A DNA stretch of 60,389 nucleotides, filler included, from Dugesia japonica (Eukaryota): the NCBI GenBank assembly GCA_001938525.1. It is 5 parts of 5 records of this genome, joined end to end, with 100 filler letters (N's around TTAATTAATTAA, not from the genome) between each part and the next. Parts side by side here need not be neighbours in the genome. Positions count along the whole stretch, not along the records: positions 1 to 8,702 come from MQRL01455603.1; positions 8,803 to 33,204 come from MQRL01581488.1; 3 more parts are not named here. One strand, given 5' to 3'. A model generated the notes under the pieces. It was not told where the DNA came from, searched no databases, and saw nothing but the letters and a program-made list of their open reading frames with translations. Below, piece by piece: positions 1 to 14,020 of this stretch (positions within the stretch are counted from its first letter, which is position 1; each line of letters opens with the position of its first letter). A program made the translations under genes and the position numbers.

Positions 1-27
1 CAATGCTTCTAAGAAATACATAAGAAC

Positions 28-600
28 ATGTGTAAATGTTCGATGAACCATGATCAACCAAAGGTAGGTCGATTAAAAACGAGATTATTAACCATCATGA
101 AAGAAGTTTATGGTGAAAATTGGCAAAATAATTTTGAAGAAATTCAGAAAATAATTACGGGGTTTAATAGACAGAAAACTGCTAACATTATTGTGGAAAA
201 CGGCATTGTTTGCACAAACCATAAGATATGGGTTCCAATGTTTAATAGACAAGAAATGATTAAAAAGACTCATGTATTATTGTGTCACACATGATCAGAA
301 AAAACAATGAAATATATTCAAAATAATTTTGATATGAAAGATTTGGTTGCTGAAGTAAAAAATATTATATCAGAATTTGATGAATGCCAAAAGACAAAGA
401 TAGTGACAAAGGTAAAAGACACTAAAGTAATAGTGGCAAATGAAATATTCGAGAAAAGATATATAGATATATGTAGAACATGGAAAGAAATACTAAAAAC
501 AGAGAGATATATTTGTGAAATTATCGACAATAGTCAAAGTTTTACTGAATAATTGGATATTAAACTTTCGGGCACCAAAGGAATTACACGGAGATTGTGG
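28..600 (+). pseudogene. Ty3/gypsy pol remnant (tether, integrase Zn-binding domain, start of core)
   Basis: KIWVP...KKTHVLLCH(stop)EKTMKYIQNNF...ECQKTK resembles the HHCC integrase Zn-binding domain, followed by a degenerate core start (IFEKRYIDIC). It is broken by stops. Confidence 0.65.
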
Positions 601-1743
601 GAAAAGGTTTGAAGAAAAAGGTGTGAAGGAAGTGACAAGTGCAACATGAATTGAGTTAATATTCTTCAGCCCTTTATTGAGGAAAGTAATGCAAATATTT
701 AAACAAATTTAAAACAGCAATTCAAGCAAATTTATAATTCCGATGTGTATTTGATAATTTAATCTTATTCAATGAGATAAATCAAAATTAACTTTGCAAG
801 TAATGTTATTATTAGACTGATATCGGTGAAAAGACAATTTGAATATATACAGTTAATATAGTGAGTTTTTAAGAGGTAATAATCTTTGATATGAAGTTTA
901 GTTTGAATCCAGATTCTGATATAGAAGAAAGTGATAGGTAAACCTTTGTTGATATTAAAATAAAAACCAACATCACACATACTTGTAAATATAAAAACTT
1001 GTAAAAAAAAATTAAAATATTACATTTTAATTACATTTATACAATTCGTCAGAAAAATATTAATTAAAATAAATAGGAACGCTTCTGATTTATTTTTTAA
1101 AAACGCAATTTGCAGTAAGTGATAATCGAAATGATTTTTAAATCTAACAAACCTAATTTTGAGTATAATNNNNNAAAAAAAGCAAAAAGATTGAAAAACA
1201 ATCATAATTTCTCGATTTTACTTTTAACAACTAAAGGATTTTGTTTGGTAAGTTCCTTTTTTCCTAGAGCTATGTAGTCAAAATTACAATGATGATCTAA
1301 TGGATATCTATGTTTACCACAGAAAATGCCCTGACAACGACAGTACATATTTTCTAAAATGAAAAAATTGCTTTCATATTCATAATTGAATAATGAATAT
1401 TAAATTGATATTTATAAAATAGTAATTGCTTGATAACTTCAAATAAATTGTAAAATTTGTTTGTATAAAATTATAAGTTTTACATGCAATTGTGAAAAAT
1501 TATTACCGTCATTTCCCTGATTAGTTTGCGCACGCCAATTAATCGAATAATATGCGCACTGTGCAAACTAATTAAATAATTTGCGCACGAACATTATTCA
1601 AATTTTCAAAGGAAACTTTATTAAAATTTTCTTAAATAATTTCTAATAGACAAAAAAATAAAGACTCATTTTATGCAATTTTCATCAAATATTAAAATAA
1701 ATACTGAATATCTCAGCGTATAATACGTTCGTTTACTTTATGT

Positions 1744-2255
1744 TAATTGACCAGACGTCCCGCTTTTAGCGAGACAGTACTGATTTTTATCAATTCATCC
1801 CGTGTTTCGCGGGGTTTTAAGAAAGTCCAGATTTTTAGGAAGAATACACTACAAGCTCAAGAACAGCGAGAGAACGGGAGGGGAATATACGGTTTTTGGC
1901 TTCCATGTAGCTTTTTCACCAGGATATGGGTTTTATATTACTTTTGTACATTTTAATGTTAAACATTAATAATAAAAATAATTGCTGAAAACTGATCTTC
2001 ATGACCTTTTAAACAACGATAGCAATTTACTAAAAATATTCACTCAAATAAGAAATATGCCGAATAATAAAATAATACTTAACATAATTTTTTTATGTAT
2101 TTGTAAATTGTACTTGTGTTGAATCAAAAATATATTAAAATACTATTTTTTGCGTTCTAAATTTTTCTTGCTCATCATAAATTAAATTCTTAATAAAAAA
2201 CTCCTACCCAGTCAATGGTGCCAAGCTTTACGATTGATAAAATCTGGTCACTTTA
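1744..2255. mobile_element. Non-autonomous DNA transposon (MITE), probably hAT-like
   Basis: Imperfect terminal inverted repeat TGACCAGA(CGTCCCG) at ~1748 and TCTGGTCAC at 2243-2251. No coding capacity and no clear TSD. Confidence 0.4.
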
Positions 2256-3409
2256 AATATGTGCCAACTGAAATTGTAATTCAAAAATACATGATTGTCA
2301 TACAAAAAAAAATTAAAATAAGAACCTCCAAGGAGAACGTCATACGTCAATCTAAGTCAAAATATTATTCTTTAAAACCACAAAAATACCATAATAATTT
2401 AAATGAGCGAGAGTTTTTATAAAAATTTAAGTTTAAGTTCAATGGTTGAGAATTTCTTTCCTTTTTCGACTCACTGTCAGCTTGTAAGGCATTTTGCCAA
2501 TTGTAGCCTGTTTTCGGAGCAACTGCAAGTGACTAGTTATAAATACACTTGGGTGGATGGGTTCCAAATTTTCTATGGATTCAGAGGACAGATCGTGATC
2601 CGTCTTTAGTTTAGAATCTGGATAATGAATGTTATCAATAATTGATAGCTAAGAAATTTACCAAAATAGTTAATCTTAACAATTAGTCAATCAGATTTAG
2701 TTTCATTTACTTCGCAAATTTTTTTTTGTTTAATGAAGAAACTAATAATTTTCAACAAAGCTACCTTGCATTCTGTGTATGACCTAATTACGTCAAAAAA
2801 GACGTCTGTGATGTTGTAATGTCTGCTTTCGGTATTTCAAAACATCCACTCGTTTCTTTTTATCTTTAGGCTTTGAAATCTCTTCCTCTTTTAAAGTTTT
2901 TATATCAGTTATTTCTTGGTAAATAAATTCATTAAATTGAATACCAATGAAATTGTTTGTTATACAATTGCGGAAACCACAAAATTTCTCGAACATATCT
3001 AAAATGCCATCATTTCTAGTTTTGGAACCGGGTTTTAAGTTTTTTCCTTTCAAAAAAAGTTCATCATGTTTTTTGAGAATATCATTTTTATTCTTTGATG
3101 CCTGAAACAATTAGATAACATTTCTAATATTATTTCCAGTTTCCCTTATTAGATGATAGTATAATTAATATATTTTCCACTATAAAGATTACTTGCTTTG
3201 ATTTATTACTGTCTTAATCCCTGAAATTATTTTCGATTTTTGAAAATATTTTGGCAATTTTTTTGTATTTTCATTTCAATCAGAACAAGGATGGTCATTG
3301 CCTTGTGTATTATAATATAGCAATCCTATTACAGCTACATGTCTTCCATACCCAAAACAATGTTGATGTGTATCGATAAATGATCGAACTTTCTCATTAC
3401 TGATGTATC

Positions 3410-3514
3410 TGTTAACGATAAATTACTACAATAATATTTATTGAAATAAACAGGTTCAAATTATCTTCTTCAAATTATGAATGTTTAAACAATTCATTTT
3501 TATATTATATCACA
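3410..3514 (-). repeat. 3' LTR (~105 bp)
   Basis: Direct repeat of 5802-5907 with TG...CA termini. Confidence 0.9.
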
Positions 3515-5801
3515 TCCATCTTTTAATCATTTGAATTCCCGGAATCTTGTTGGTTTACGTCTTTATCTTGTAGGATTTCTTTTTCCTTGTCTCTTGGTTG
3601 TTAATTGATACGGTTTGATATTTGAACTTCTTTTTGATTGCCTTATTATTGTTGTATTCCTAAGACTCTTCTTCTTTCTCCTCTAGCTTTTTTATTGTGA
3701 ATCTTTTAATTTGATTAGCATTAAGAATTAGCGATTTCTCTTTGTAACTCATTCTTATATTATCGTATGATAATATATATACAGTAACTTTCCAGTCATA
3801 ATAATTCTGAACTAATTCCTTTGTCTCTATAAATCCTGGATGGCCCATATTGTTATGATTGCTAGTTAAATTCAAAATCTCACAACTCTCCTTAAGTTTT
3901 TATTGTTTATTAGAAGTTTATTAGAAAAAAAGATGAAGATTAACTCATAGTATTCAAACAAATAATCTGAGAAATTTTAATAAAATAATTAAAAAAATAT
4001 CAATTTTAATTTAGGAAATGCTTTATTTTACATATATCTTTAAGTGCTTTCAAACATAATTTCACAAAATAATCTTTATACTTTTATAATTTTGCCTAAT
4101 ATAATATATAAAAATTATTTAAATAATCTGTTTTTAAAAAATGTTTATATATTTAAAATTTGTTTTAAGTTTTTACATTTAATATTTGAATGTTTTAAAA
4201 AATAAATTTTAATATAATAAATACCAAAATTAAAAAAATCTCTCAGATATTCAAAATCTATGAATCAATCTTAAATGAAACGCTTCCATTATTTCCTTTT
4301 TTCTTTGAGACGTGAAATCATTTTTTAAAACTCGAATAATTGGCTTCTCATCATTTTCTTTTTCGATCAGTTTCACATTTCTTCATTTTTTGTTTCTTTT
4401 TATCTGAGTTCACATTCCGGTCGGCTCATATAGTCTGCGCTTATGTGTAATCTGCAAAGTGGGTGTTCAATATCAAAATTATACTCCTTTAATTCTTTAA
4501 TCCGAGTAAAATACTGTGATGTATTTGGATTTTTCCAACTTTTTAGCCACAATAATGCTTTATGATCAGTTCTTATTTTGAAATTTCTCCCCAGTAAATA
4601 ATGCCTAAATCTTTTGACAAAAACATAGACAGCTAATAATTCCTAACTAGTAACACAATATTTCAATTCTGAATTTGTCAGCTTCCTCAACGTATATGCG
4701 ATAACCTTTTCACCTCCATTTTGAACTTGGCTTAAGATTCATCCAATATGACTGTGACTTGCATCTTTGTATAATATGAATATACATTCTTTCAGAGGAT
4801 AAGCTAAAACTGGGGCTGCTATCTGTATCTTTTTAAATGCTTCTTTTCCTTCAGCATCCCAAAATATTTGTTTTTTTATGTATTTTCCATTTATGTTTTG
4901 TTTGTCTTGTTTCAGTAAAGTTTTTAAAGGTTGAACGACATAAGAAAAATCTTTTATAAATTTTCTATAATAGTTACAGAAAGCTATAAATGAATGCAAA
5001 TCTGAGTAACACTTTAGTTCTGACGAATTTCAAACTTTTTCTATCTTTATTGAATCTGTTTTTATACCTTCTGCCGTTATTCTATTTCCCAGATAACAAA
5101 CTTCCTTTAGCAAAAAATTACATTTACCAGGTTTCAATTTAACTCCCAATTCTTCTAGTCTAGCTAAAACTACTTTCAATCGACAGAGCTGCTATTCATA
5201 CGAGTTTCTAAATATCAAAACATCGTCCAGATAAATAAGACACTGTTTGCAATTTTTATTTTGCAATATCAGATGCAGAAGTTTTTGAAATGTTGCTGGA
5301 GCTGAACTCAAGCCAAATGGCATTCTATTAAATTCATACTGCTCTCACCTAGTAGAGAATGCTGTTTTTTGTTTATTTCCCTGATTTATTTCGACATTAT
5401 AATATCCATAAGATAAGTCTAAAACGCTAAATGTCTTTGCTTTACCCAGTGCATCAAAAGCTGAAAATTTTCCGGAATTGAATATATTGGTCTGATTGTG
5501 ACTAAGTTTAACTGCCAGTAATCACCATTGGCTTTAGTGATACATACTAAAGGTATATTCTATGGGCTTTCACTTTTCCTGATTATCTTATTTTTCAAAA
5601 AACTTGCAACTAAATTATCAACGTTGTCCTCAAGTCCTATCGGTATTCGTCTAGATGGAACAGCGATTGTCGCTTCTACTTTAGTGACAATGTAATGCTT
5701 TAGTTTTGTTACAATGACCAATATCCGTGTCGAATTTACTAAATATGTTAGCATGTTAAATAAATCTGATAAAAATATACTAAACCCTAATCGTGATGCC
5801 A

Positions 5802-5907
5802 TGTTAACGATAAATTACTAAAACAATATTTATTCAAATAAAACAGGTTCAAATTATCTTCTTCAAAGTCTGAATATTTAAACAATTCATTTTTATATTA
5901 TATCACA
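5802..5907 (-). repeat. 5' LTR (~106 bp)
   Basis: Direct repeat of 3410-3514, next to the PBS-like TGG motif. Confidence 0.9.
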
Positions 5908-6091
5908 GTATCATAAGCTGTGTAAGCTATTAACTAATCAATCACAGTATACAATAAGTTCTATTTTGTCATTAATATCTCAAAACTTTTTTGTGTTGGG
6001 ATCAGATCATAAATTCTAGCAAGACCAAGATTCTACTTTATATGAATATAAAAATTCATATATTTACAATTTTTATTTGAAGACTGTTTAA

Positions 6092-7190
6092 TTAACACTA
6101 GATTTACGGACATTGATTATGCACCTTTATTTATTGAAACCAATCTTTTTGACGGATATATTAAAATGTAAATTATTTATTTAAAATTTATAGATTTTAT
6201 TAAATGATGTTTTTAATACACTTTCTACCTGTAAACTCTATCTTGAATGTACACTTTCCGTTTGTATATAGTTCTTACATTTGATGCAAATATTGTTATT
6301 CTTATTTTTTTACATAACCCAATTTTGTAAGATATTCTCACATTTGGTTTTCGAACATCAAAAAATGAAATAAAGTTAGTATTTTATTAGTTGTTTATGG
6401 TCACTGACAAATTATTCAGTTAATTGAAAGAGAAAATTCTTTCTGGATATGTTTACTCCAGTGGCATATTTGTACAATATCCAGGCATTGATTGCCAAAT
6501 CTAAAATGTTATAAAACACGTGAAAGAATTATCTATTGGATCCTGCATTCACGGTATATTTTCTAGCCATTTGGTCGAGAATATCAACGCTACACTTGAT
6601 TTTGTAAAATACGATTGCTTCACGACGCATTTGGTATTTTTTTTATTTGCAAATTTTTATGTTTAGAACTGATAATTTTTATAATAATAATTTTTTATTT
6701 CGTTTTAATTTGTAAATTGTGAGAATGTACTTATCTAATTTATACAGCTTTGTAGAATATCGGATCATTTTAAAGCCTTTGCAATTTTTGTCAATTCCTT
6801 TCTATTTTCTCGTAAAGTTCCCACAAGGATTGTTTTTATTTCAAGCACCTTTTTGCAAGGGAAATAATAGTGAAGAAAATGTTAGTAGTTATATTTCGGC
6901 CACAGCATAAATATGCAAGCAAGTTTGAGCTCAACGAATTCGTCCAAAGATATGTCTGTTGATCGTTTTTTGTCTTTCTCTAAAATGCCAGGGCAGTTAT
7001 TAGATATTTGTTTATAACGTGCGATGCCAACAAAAACTGTATGGCAAATTTATCGGGCTTATTTGGTATTTACTGTGTAAAACAGTATTGCTAGTTTTTC
7101 TTAGGAACAATTGCTCATCAATTGTAAGATTCCCGCTTTGCTTGTAACAAGCCTGATATTTTGGAATAAATCTGTCCAATATTGTAAAGA
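6092..7190 (-). mobile_element. piggyBac transposon remnant (3' part of transposase plus one terminus)
   Basis: Minus-strand LTIDEQLF and SVDILDQMARKYTV...HVFYNILDLAINAWILYK are piggyBac DDD-domain motifs, followed by a Cys-rich tail. TTAA then CACTAGATTTAC at 6092 looks like a terminus. Confidence 0.85.
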
Positions 7191-8702
7191 TTAAAGCATA
7201 TTTAAATAAATAAAGCAGATAAACAGAATCATTAACTAAAAAGTATATAAAACATGTAAAGTTAATATAAAACGAAACATTCATTCAAAAATTATAAAAA
7301 TGATAGTAAAAAAGAAATGAATTAAAATTTTTAAAATTCATTCAAATCAATTTTAGTGAAATAAGAAAATGATTTAGTTCAATAATCCCAGGAAATGTTA
7401 CCACTATGCTTTTCGAAAAATAAAACTTGTTTTTTAAAACGATTAACCTGACTCTCAATTTCCTAAAAATTACCCACAAGTCTATTAAATTGATAAGGTC
7501 AATTTCAGTGGCTGATTATAATGAGTTAAACTCTGCGATTTAGAAAATCTTTATTTTTATTTCTGAGGAAATTAATTTAAGACCAATTGCAAATAAACTT
7601 CTTTTTGTTTTGTCAAAGTCTTAGAGCAATTAAAAATTCAATATTGATAAGGGCTTGGGTTTTCATTGAAGAAGCCCTATGATATTTAGATTAATTTTTA
7701 CTTTATCTTAAATTTGGTTTTTTTCTTCATCTTGTGGTATTTTAAAGTTTATAATCAAGTTTGTGATAAATATAGTCTTAACAATAAATTTGGTCATCGT
7801 TTTCAAAAATCTGCCACCTGTGCGGTGCAGCTGATTGATGTATCACAAGTGTGAAAATTCACACCTGAATCCGTGAGTTTTCACACCTTAGATCTAGATA
7901 TTTCACACCTACTTTGTTCTAAGGCAAACTTAGTGATGAGCATCAATAATTATATATTTTTTACTTGTCAACCTTCCTGTGTTGTGGGAATTTTCACACT
8001 TTTGACGAATATTTGTTTCTTGGTTTATTTGAAAATTTATTCAAGTTTAGAAAATTTAATGCAATTTGTTAGATGAGTTTGAAGTACTCATCGGGTAATT
8101 AATGTCAAAACTCGTTTTCATAAAAGATTTATTCACAAAAAAAAACTATATCCATCACTATTGGTTTATTCAAAGAAATTAAAACTCTATGCTCAAATTG
8201 GGAATCATTTTTCAAAGAATTTAAAACTTTAGATTAAATTTTCATTTAAAATAATTTTGAAAATTCAAAGAAAATAATCAAAATCTCATTTAAAATTCTT
8301 TCGAAATTTTAAAATAAAATAATCATTTGTTATTAAAATTTTATTTAAAATTCTTAAAATCTACAATAAATTTTGTATAAAATTATTTAAATTAATCCTT
8401 ATGTTGAGATACTTTGGGGATTGTTGCCAAAATAAATNNNNNNNNNNNNNNNNNNNNNNNNNNNNNNNNNNNNNNNNNNNNNNNNNNNNNNNNNNNNNNN
8501 NNNNNNNNNNNNNNNNNNNNNNNNNNNNNNNNNNNNGATATATTGCTATTATATAAATATACTATATAACCGACCTTAATCAATTAAACAAAAATATTTA
8601 CTTACGAGTTTTACTAAGGGTGAAAATACATTAAAATGCAATATTATTTATACTCTATTGCTACCAGGTACATATATACATATAAATTGATTCAGCAAAA
8701 CA

Positions 8703-8802
8703 NNNNNNNNNNNNNNNNNNNNNNNNNNNNNNNNNNNNNNNNNNNNTTAATTAATTAANNNNNNNNNNNNNNNNNNNNNNNNNNNNNNNNNNNNNNNNNN
8801 NN
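8703..8802. other. Artificial contig linker (N44-TTAATTAATTAA-N44); also at ~33205-33304, ~41556-41655, ~51246-51345
   Basis: An identical 12-mer with stops in all six frames sits in the centre of each 100-nt N block. Confidence 0.9.
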
Positions 8803-9056
8803 ATAATTTTAAAAAAGAAATAAATTTCAATAATTCGAAAGAATAAAAATATAAAGAAACAATAAAAGTTCTGTCATATTAACAGAAATACGTAATATAA
8901 AATAGATTGCTGACAAATTGAACTTAATATTAAAGTTTTACAATGAAAACTATTGCAAGAATTATTACTGGACTTAACTATTGATCGCATTTGAGATTAC
9001 ATTATTATAACAGCTTTGGTCAAAATGATGTTTTTTTATTTTTATTTCTTTTTTTG

Positions 9057-9100
9057 TAGATATTCAAATTTTTGAATATTGTCTTCTTCAGGAATATCTA
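9057..9100 (-). ncRNA. Minimal type I hammerhead ribozyme motif (degenerate) in a solo Penelope pLTR fragment
   Basis: Minus strand reads TAGATATTC-CTGAAGA-A-GACAATATTC-AAA-AATT-T-GAATATCTA. Stem I is a perfect 9 bp and the CUGAnGA box is intact, but GAAA is mutated to AAAA. Confidence 0.65.
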
Positions 9101-9611
9101 ATATAAAAGTTGTCAAAAGAAAAAAAGATTCTTATATAAAAGGGTATTTTAGTTTCAATTTATTTATAGGATGTTTCAAAACTAATTCAATTTGACATAA
9201 ATTGTGTTGTCATAATTCTAAGAAAAATAATTGTTTTTTTAAATTACTTATAACTACAATTTTAAAAAACTTTTATTTCAAGTCAGTCTAGTATCATAAT
9301 TTTCAATTTCATTAATAAATATCAGTAAATGAGATATAACTATCAAAAGAGAAATAATTATATCTTAGCTTTATAATGTAAAGTGTATTTTCATGCTTTA
9401 TCCAATACTGTCAATTTTAATTAATTTGATAATTTACAATGTTGTAATTAATTTAATTAAACTGTAATTTAATGTTAGATTATTTATAATTCACGAAGTA
9501 TAATTTCTCATTGATAACTTTAGAAAATCTAATTTTTTAATAAGTATGATTTTAACAATGGACATTTGAAAAACATAAATGATTATTCCGTTAACAGTAA
9601 GTACATTTGAC

Positions 9612-9860
9612 CAGTGCCAGATTAACTATGGTGCATTTGCGCTAGGCCTACTATTTGTTTTTACTGGCTATATACGAAATTATAAATAAACTGTAAATCA
9701 TTGTTTTAATTTATTTTATTTTCCGTAATTATATTTCCTTTTGCTTTTAGGCAACATTAATTTTTATTAATTTTTTTGAATCGGTTATAGAGCCTTAGAG
9801 AATCTACTTTAGTTTATTCCGTTATTTGTGTCAGGCCAGCAAAAAGCTAATCCGGCACTG
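9612..9860. mobile_element. hAT-type MITE
   Basis: 13-bp TIR CAGTGCCAGATTA / TAATCCGGCACTG (1 mismatch), flanked by a near-match 8-bp TSD CATTTGAC / ACTTTGAC. Confidence 0.8.
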
Positions 9861-11849
9861 ACTTTGACTTTAACACAGATTTAAACATTTTTACGTATCG
9901 CGGTACACCAAATCACGTAAAATCTTTTCTCTGCATAACTGTAAAATAAATCCTATTAATTTCTAAAGTATGAGAAACAAATTTAATAAAGAGATTTGTA
10001 TTCAATAACATGGAATAAATATATTTTGATCAGTGAGAACGCTAACATTGTTTATCTGCATAAATATGAGTATGCATATAGGTCCGCACTGCCTCAAATG
10101 CATTAAGTCTTATTTTTATTTATTTATTTAGTCTTATTTTTTTTGATAAGTCCGCACTACACCACATGCTTTTTTTGTTTAAATGAGGTGAAATTATTTA
10201 TTTTGTTTAAATGAAGTAAAATTATTGATTTTTTCTTTAATTTAAGTACAATAAATTGTTTTTGTTTAAATTGAGTGCAATTATTGAATTAACAAAATTA
10301 GTGATTCTTTGTTTAAATTATTCGAAATTTAATGATTATTTGTTTAAATTTTACGAAATTCATTAATTTCCAGTTTCTTCACGGAAAGGTTATTGAAAAG
10401 CTTATGTTTATTTAAATTAAACAAAATTAGTCGAATGTGATTTTTCCCCAACAATAATAATCTAAAATAATCTCCATGGCAATATTAACATTAATTGCTC
10501 AAGTTTTATACTAATGGATGTTTCTGTGTTAATACTATCAGATGTTAGTTGGAAACATTAGTTGTTACATGGTACAAACTATGAGATGTCTCTGCGTACG
10601 CACTCTTGACTGTAACCGACATTAGATGATCCCTGAACAAAACTATTCAATGCTCCTGACATTAGATGTTCACAGTTCCATTAATATTAGTTGCTCACCA
10701 AAAGAAACGATTAATATCCCGAGGAAAATCACTCTCAATATTTATATGTTTAAGTAAAATTATTCTGTCTTAGTATAATTAATGAAATCAGTATATTATT
10801 GGCATTCGAATTAAACTTATTATTGATAATATCATTGAAAATTATTTTCATACATTGTTTCATTAACAGTTTTGATTGAATTCCATACTACTATATTACC
10901 TTAAAATACAAATTAAATTAATATTAATATTGCCCAGGGCATATTGACGTTAACATTAATAATGCCTTGAGAATATTAACATAACCATTTATATTACCCG
11001 GAGCATATTAACATTAACAGAAATAGTTGAGTTTGGAAAACTAGTCGTATCATCATTATCAATATTCGAATTCATTACAACACTTTTTTAAAATCAAAAC
11101 TATAATTAACATTATTCGTTTAACAAATTAATTAAAATCATGTGTTTTAATTGGTGATCATTTTTTCATAAATTTAAAAATTGAAACTTTTATTTATTAA
11201 TATTAATTTTAACATTTTATTTATTTCATTAATTTTTATTTAAAAATTTTCGACACAATTTTAACTACTTTTAAATATTTATTTATTAAAATTAATTTTA
11301 CCTACTTGAAAACATTTTATTATTTACTTAAATTTTCATTTAAAAATTTATGACAAAATCTCAGCTTACTTTTAAAATTTTATTAATTAAAAAGTTAAAC
11401 TTTATTATTCAATAAATTTAATTTATCCTTAAACCAATATTTGTTTATTTACATTTTTTATCAGAAATTTAATCTCTCTTTTAGACAAAAGATTTTAAAA
11501 ATAAGATCACCAATCACATAAAAATTTCCACTTGCTTTTCAAAACTGCTCACATTGTCCGGAGGATATTAACGTTAACATTAATATTGCCCGGAGGATAT
11601 TAACGTTAATATTAATATTGTCCGGGTGACATCTAATCTTAATATTATCTGGGGAACATTAATAATAATATTGTCCTGGGAACATCTAATATCACAGGGG
11701 AAAAAAGTATATGTGTATATAGTTTTAAGGGTTTTCTATGGTTTTATAAGTGTTCTATGGTTAGAATTAACTAAATTTTAAAGAATTATAGAGAATATTT
11801 AGGGTTAATGTAAACGTTTATATTCAATAATATAAGTATATACGTCAAT

Positions 11850-13440
11850 ATATAAAATCTATAATCCATTACATTAAAATTGCATTCAATAACTCATGAA
11901 AATTTCTAAAATCAATAATAAAAGATGTAATCCAGCTCAAAAATTTATATTCCATCACACAAAATATTTACTCAACTCATGAAAATTAAAACTGAACACA
12001 AAAAGATTTCATATAAGTCATAAAAATGTTTCATAAATTACATAGAAGTAATCGATAACTTTCAAATTCTTAAAACATTACATAGAAATCAATAAAAACT
12101 TTCAAAGATTTACTAAAAGTCAATTGAAGTCTTCAAAAATTACATAGAAGTAATTAAAATTATCATTCATTACACTAAAATTGCATGCGATCATATTAAA
12201 ATTACAATTCGTCAAACAAAAATTAACACTCAACATGTAAAAAGTACATTTCATCATTCAAAAATTACATTTCCCCACTTAAAATTATAACTCTAAAATT
12301 AGAAATAAGTCATGAAAGATTATCATTAATTAGATGGAAATCAAGAAACACTTCAAAAATTACAAAGAAGTTAATAAAATGTTTAAGTCAACACAAAAAT
12401 TCTAACCAACTAAATAAATTGATAACCCACCACATTGAACGTTTAGAAACAAGACTCTAAAATTATAATTCAAGCATTAAAATAACATTTTATCACACAA
12501 AATTCTTTTACAACTCATAAAAATTCTACACCAACACATCATTTAAAGTTTTTAACAAAATTCTTAGTCAACACATAAAAGTTTAAATCTAAAATGTTAA
12601 ACATATAATTTTCCACACTAAAATGTAGTTCATCACATTGAAATTTCTAAGTCAACGCTTTAAAATTTTAATCCGTCTCACAAAAGTCTAATTCAACCCA
12701 TAAAAAATTAACACTGAACAAATAAAGTTTCTCAGTCAACACACAAATTATAATCCATCACACTAAACATATAGTTCATCACATTAAATTTCTAAGCCTT
12801 CGTTTTAAAACTATAATGAATAGACAAAAATTAGATTCCGTCACATAAAATATATAAGCCAACACATAAACGTTTAATCCAACCCATATAAATTAACGCT
12901 CAACAAGTAAAACTATAAGTTTTAACGCATAAAATTTCTAAGTCAACACATAACAATTATAATCCATCGCACTAAAACTAATACATTACTCTAAAATTAT
13001 AATCCATCACACAGAATTCTAGCACATTACACTAAAATTTTCATTCTATCAAAATAAAACTCTAAGTAGACACATTAAATTTCTAAAGCAGTACATAAAC
13101 ATTATATATCTTGGTGTTACAATTATATAGAAGTCATTAAAACTATTTAAAAATACATATAAGTCAATAAAACATTTCAAACATTGTATATTTCTATTAA
13201 AAAGCTTTATAAATTACACAGACGTATTCAATAATATTCACACATTACATAGAAGATAATTAAATCTCTAAGACATCAGATAAAACTTTAAACCAACCAG
13301 TTAAACTTATATTCCATCACACTAAAAATATAGTTAATCACATTGAAATTTCTAAGTCAACTCTATAAAATTACATTTCATCACACAAAATTCTAAAACA
13401 CACTAAATTTCTAAGTCACCATGTAAAATATAAAATTCAT
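11850..13440 (+). repeat. Degenerate ~21-22-bp tandem repeat, A/C-rich and G-poor
   Basis: Recurrent units such as AAAATTATAATCCATCACACT and AAATTTCTAAGTCAACACAT. Confidence 0.7.
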
Positions 13441-13659
13441 TATTGAAAAAAAACATTTAAATATGGAAAGTAATCATTTCGTCATGGCAAATTATAGTTT
13501 CATCACAAAACATATACACATCATCATAGAATATACAGGTATCATCATGGTAAATACATGAATTGTCAAAGGAAATTAGAGACAACTACATAGAAAGTAT
13601 AGAACTCATCATTGAAAATACAAGTTACATCATCATAAATCTTAAAATTCATTAGATTT

Positions 13660-14020
13660 TAACATATAAATTTAACAGTTTAAATTCAATAAGAATCAAA
13701 TTTTATCAGCTTAAATTTCATAAGAATCAAAATTATGCAGTTTAAAATTAATACAAATCCAAATTTAACAGCTTGAAATTGATATGAATCAAAGTTTAGC
13801 AGCTTATAATTATTATAAATCAAAATTTATCGGTTTAAATTTAATAAGAATCAAATTAAACATTTTAAAATTAAGATAAATTAAAATTTATCAGTTTGAA
13901 ATTAATATGAATCAAAATTATCAATTTAAATTTAATATAAAATCAAATTTTATCCTCTCAAAATTAATACAAATCAAAATTAAACAGTTTAAAATTAATA
14001 TAAATTAAAATTTAAAATTG
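13660..14020 (+). repeat. ~29-30-bp tandem repeat
   Basis: About a dozen units like AAATTTAACAGTTTAAAATTAATATGAATC. Confidence 0.75.

Larger units (their letters stand above)
3410..5907 (-). mobile_element. Internally deleted Ty3/gypsy LTR retrotransposon with both LTRs
   Basis: Direct repeats 3410-3514 and 5802-5907 (TGTTA...TCACA) with a perfect 5-bp TSD GTATC. On the minus strand the PBS-like TGGCATCACG follows the 5' LTR and purine-rich AAAAGATGGA precedes the 3' LTR. RT (MPFGLSSAPATFQ, YLDD) and RNase H (DASHSHIG, IRTDHKAL) are frameshifted. Confidence 0.92.

Noticed and set aside
2793-3110. 105-aa minus-strand ORF, possibly a transposase relic
   Set aside because: Only a vague similarity to the hAT TRWN region, which is insufficient for a call.
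8747-8758. Recurrent TTAATTAATTAA flanked by Ns (four copies)
   Set aside because: Synthetic six-frame-stop contig linker. It is not biological, and adjacency across it is unreliable.
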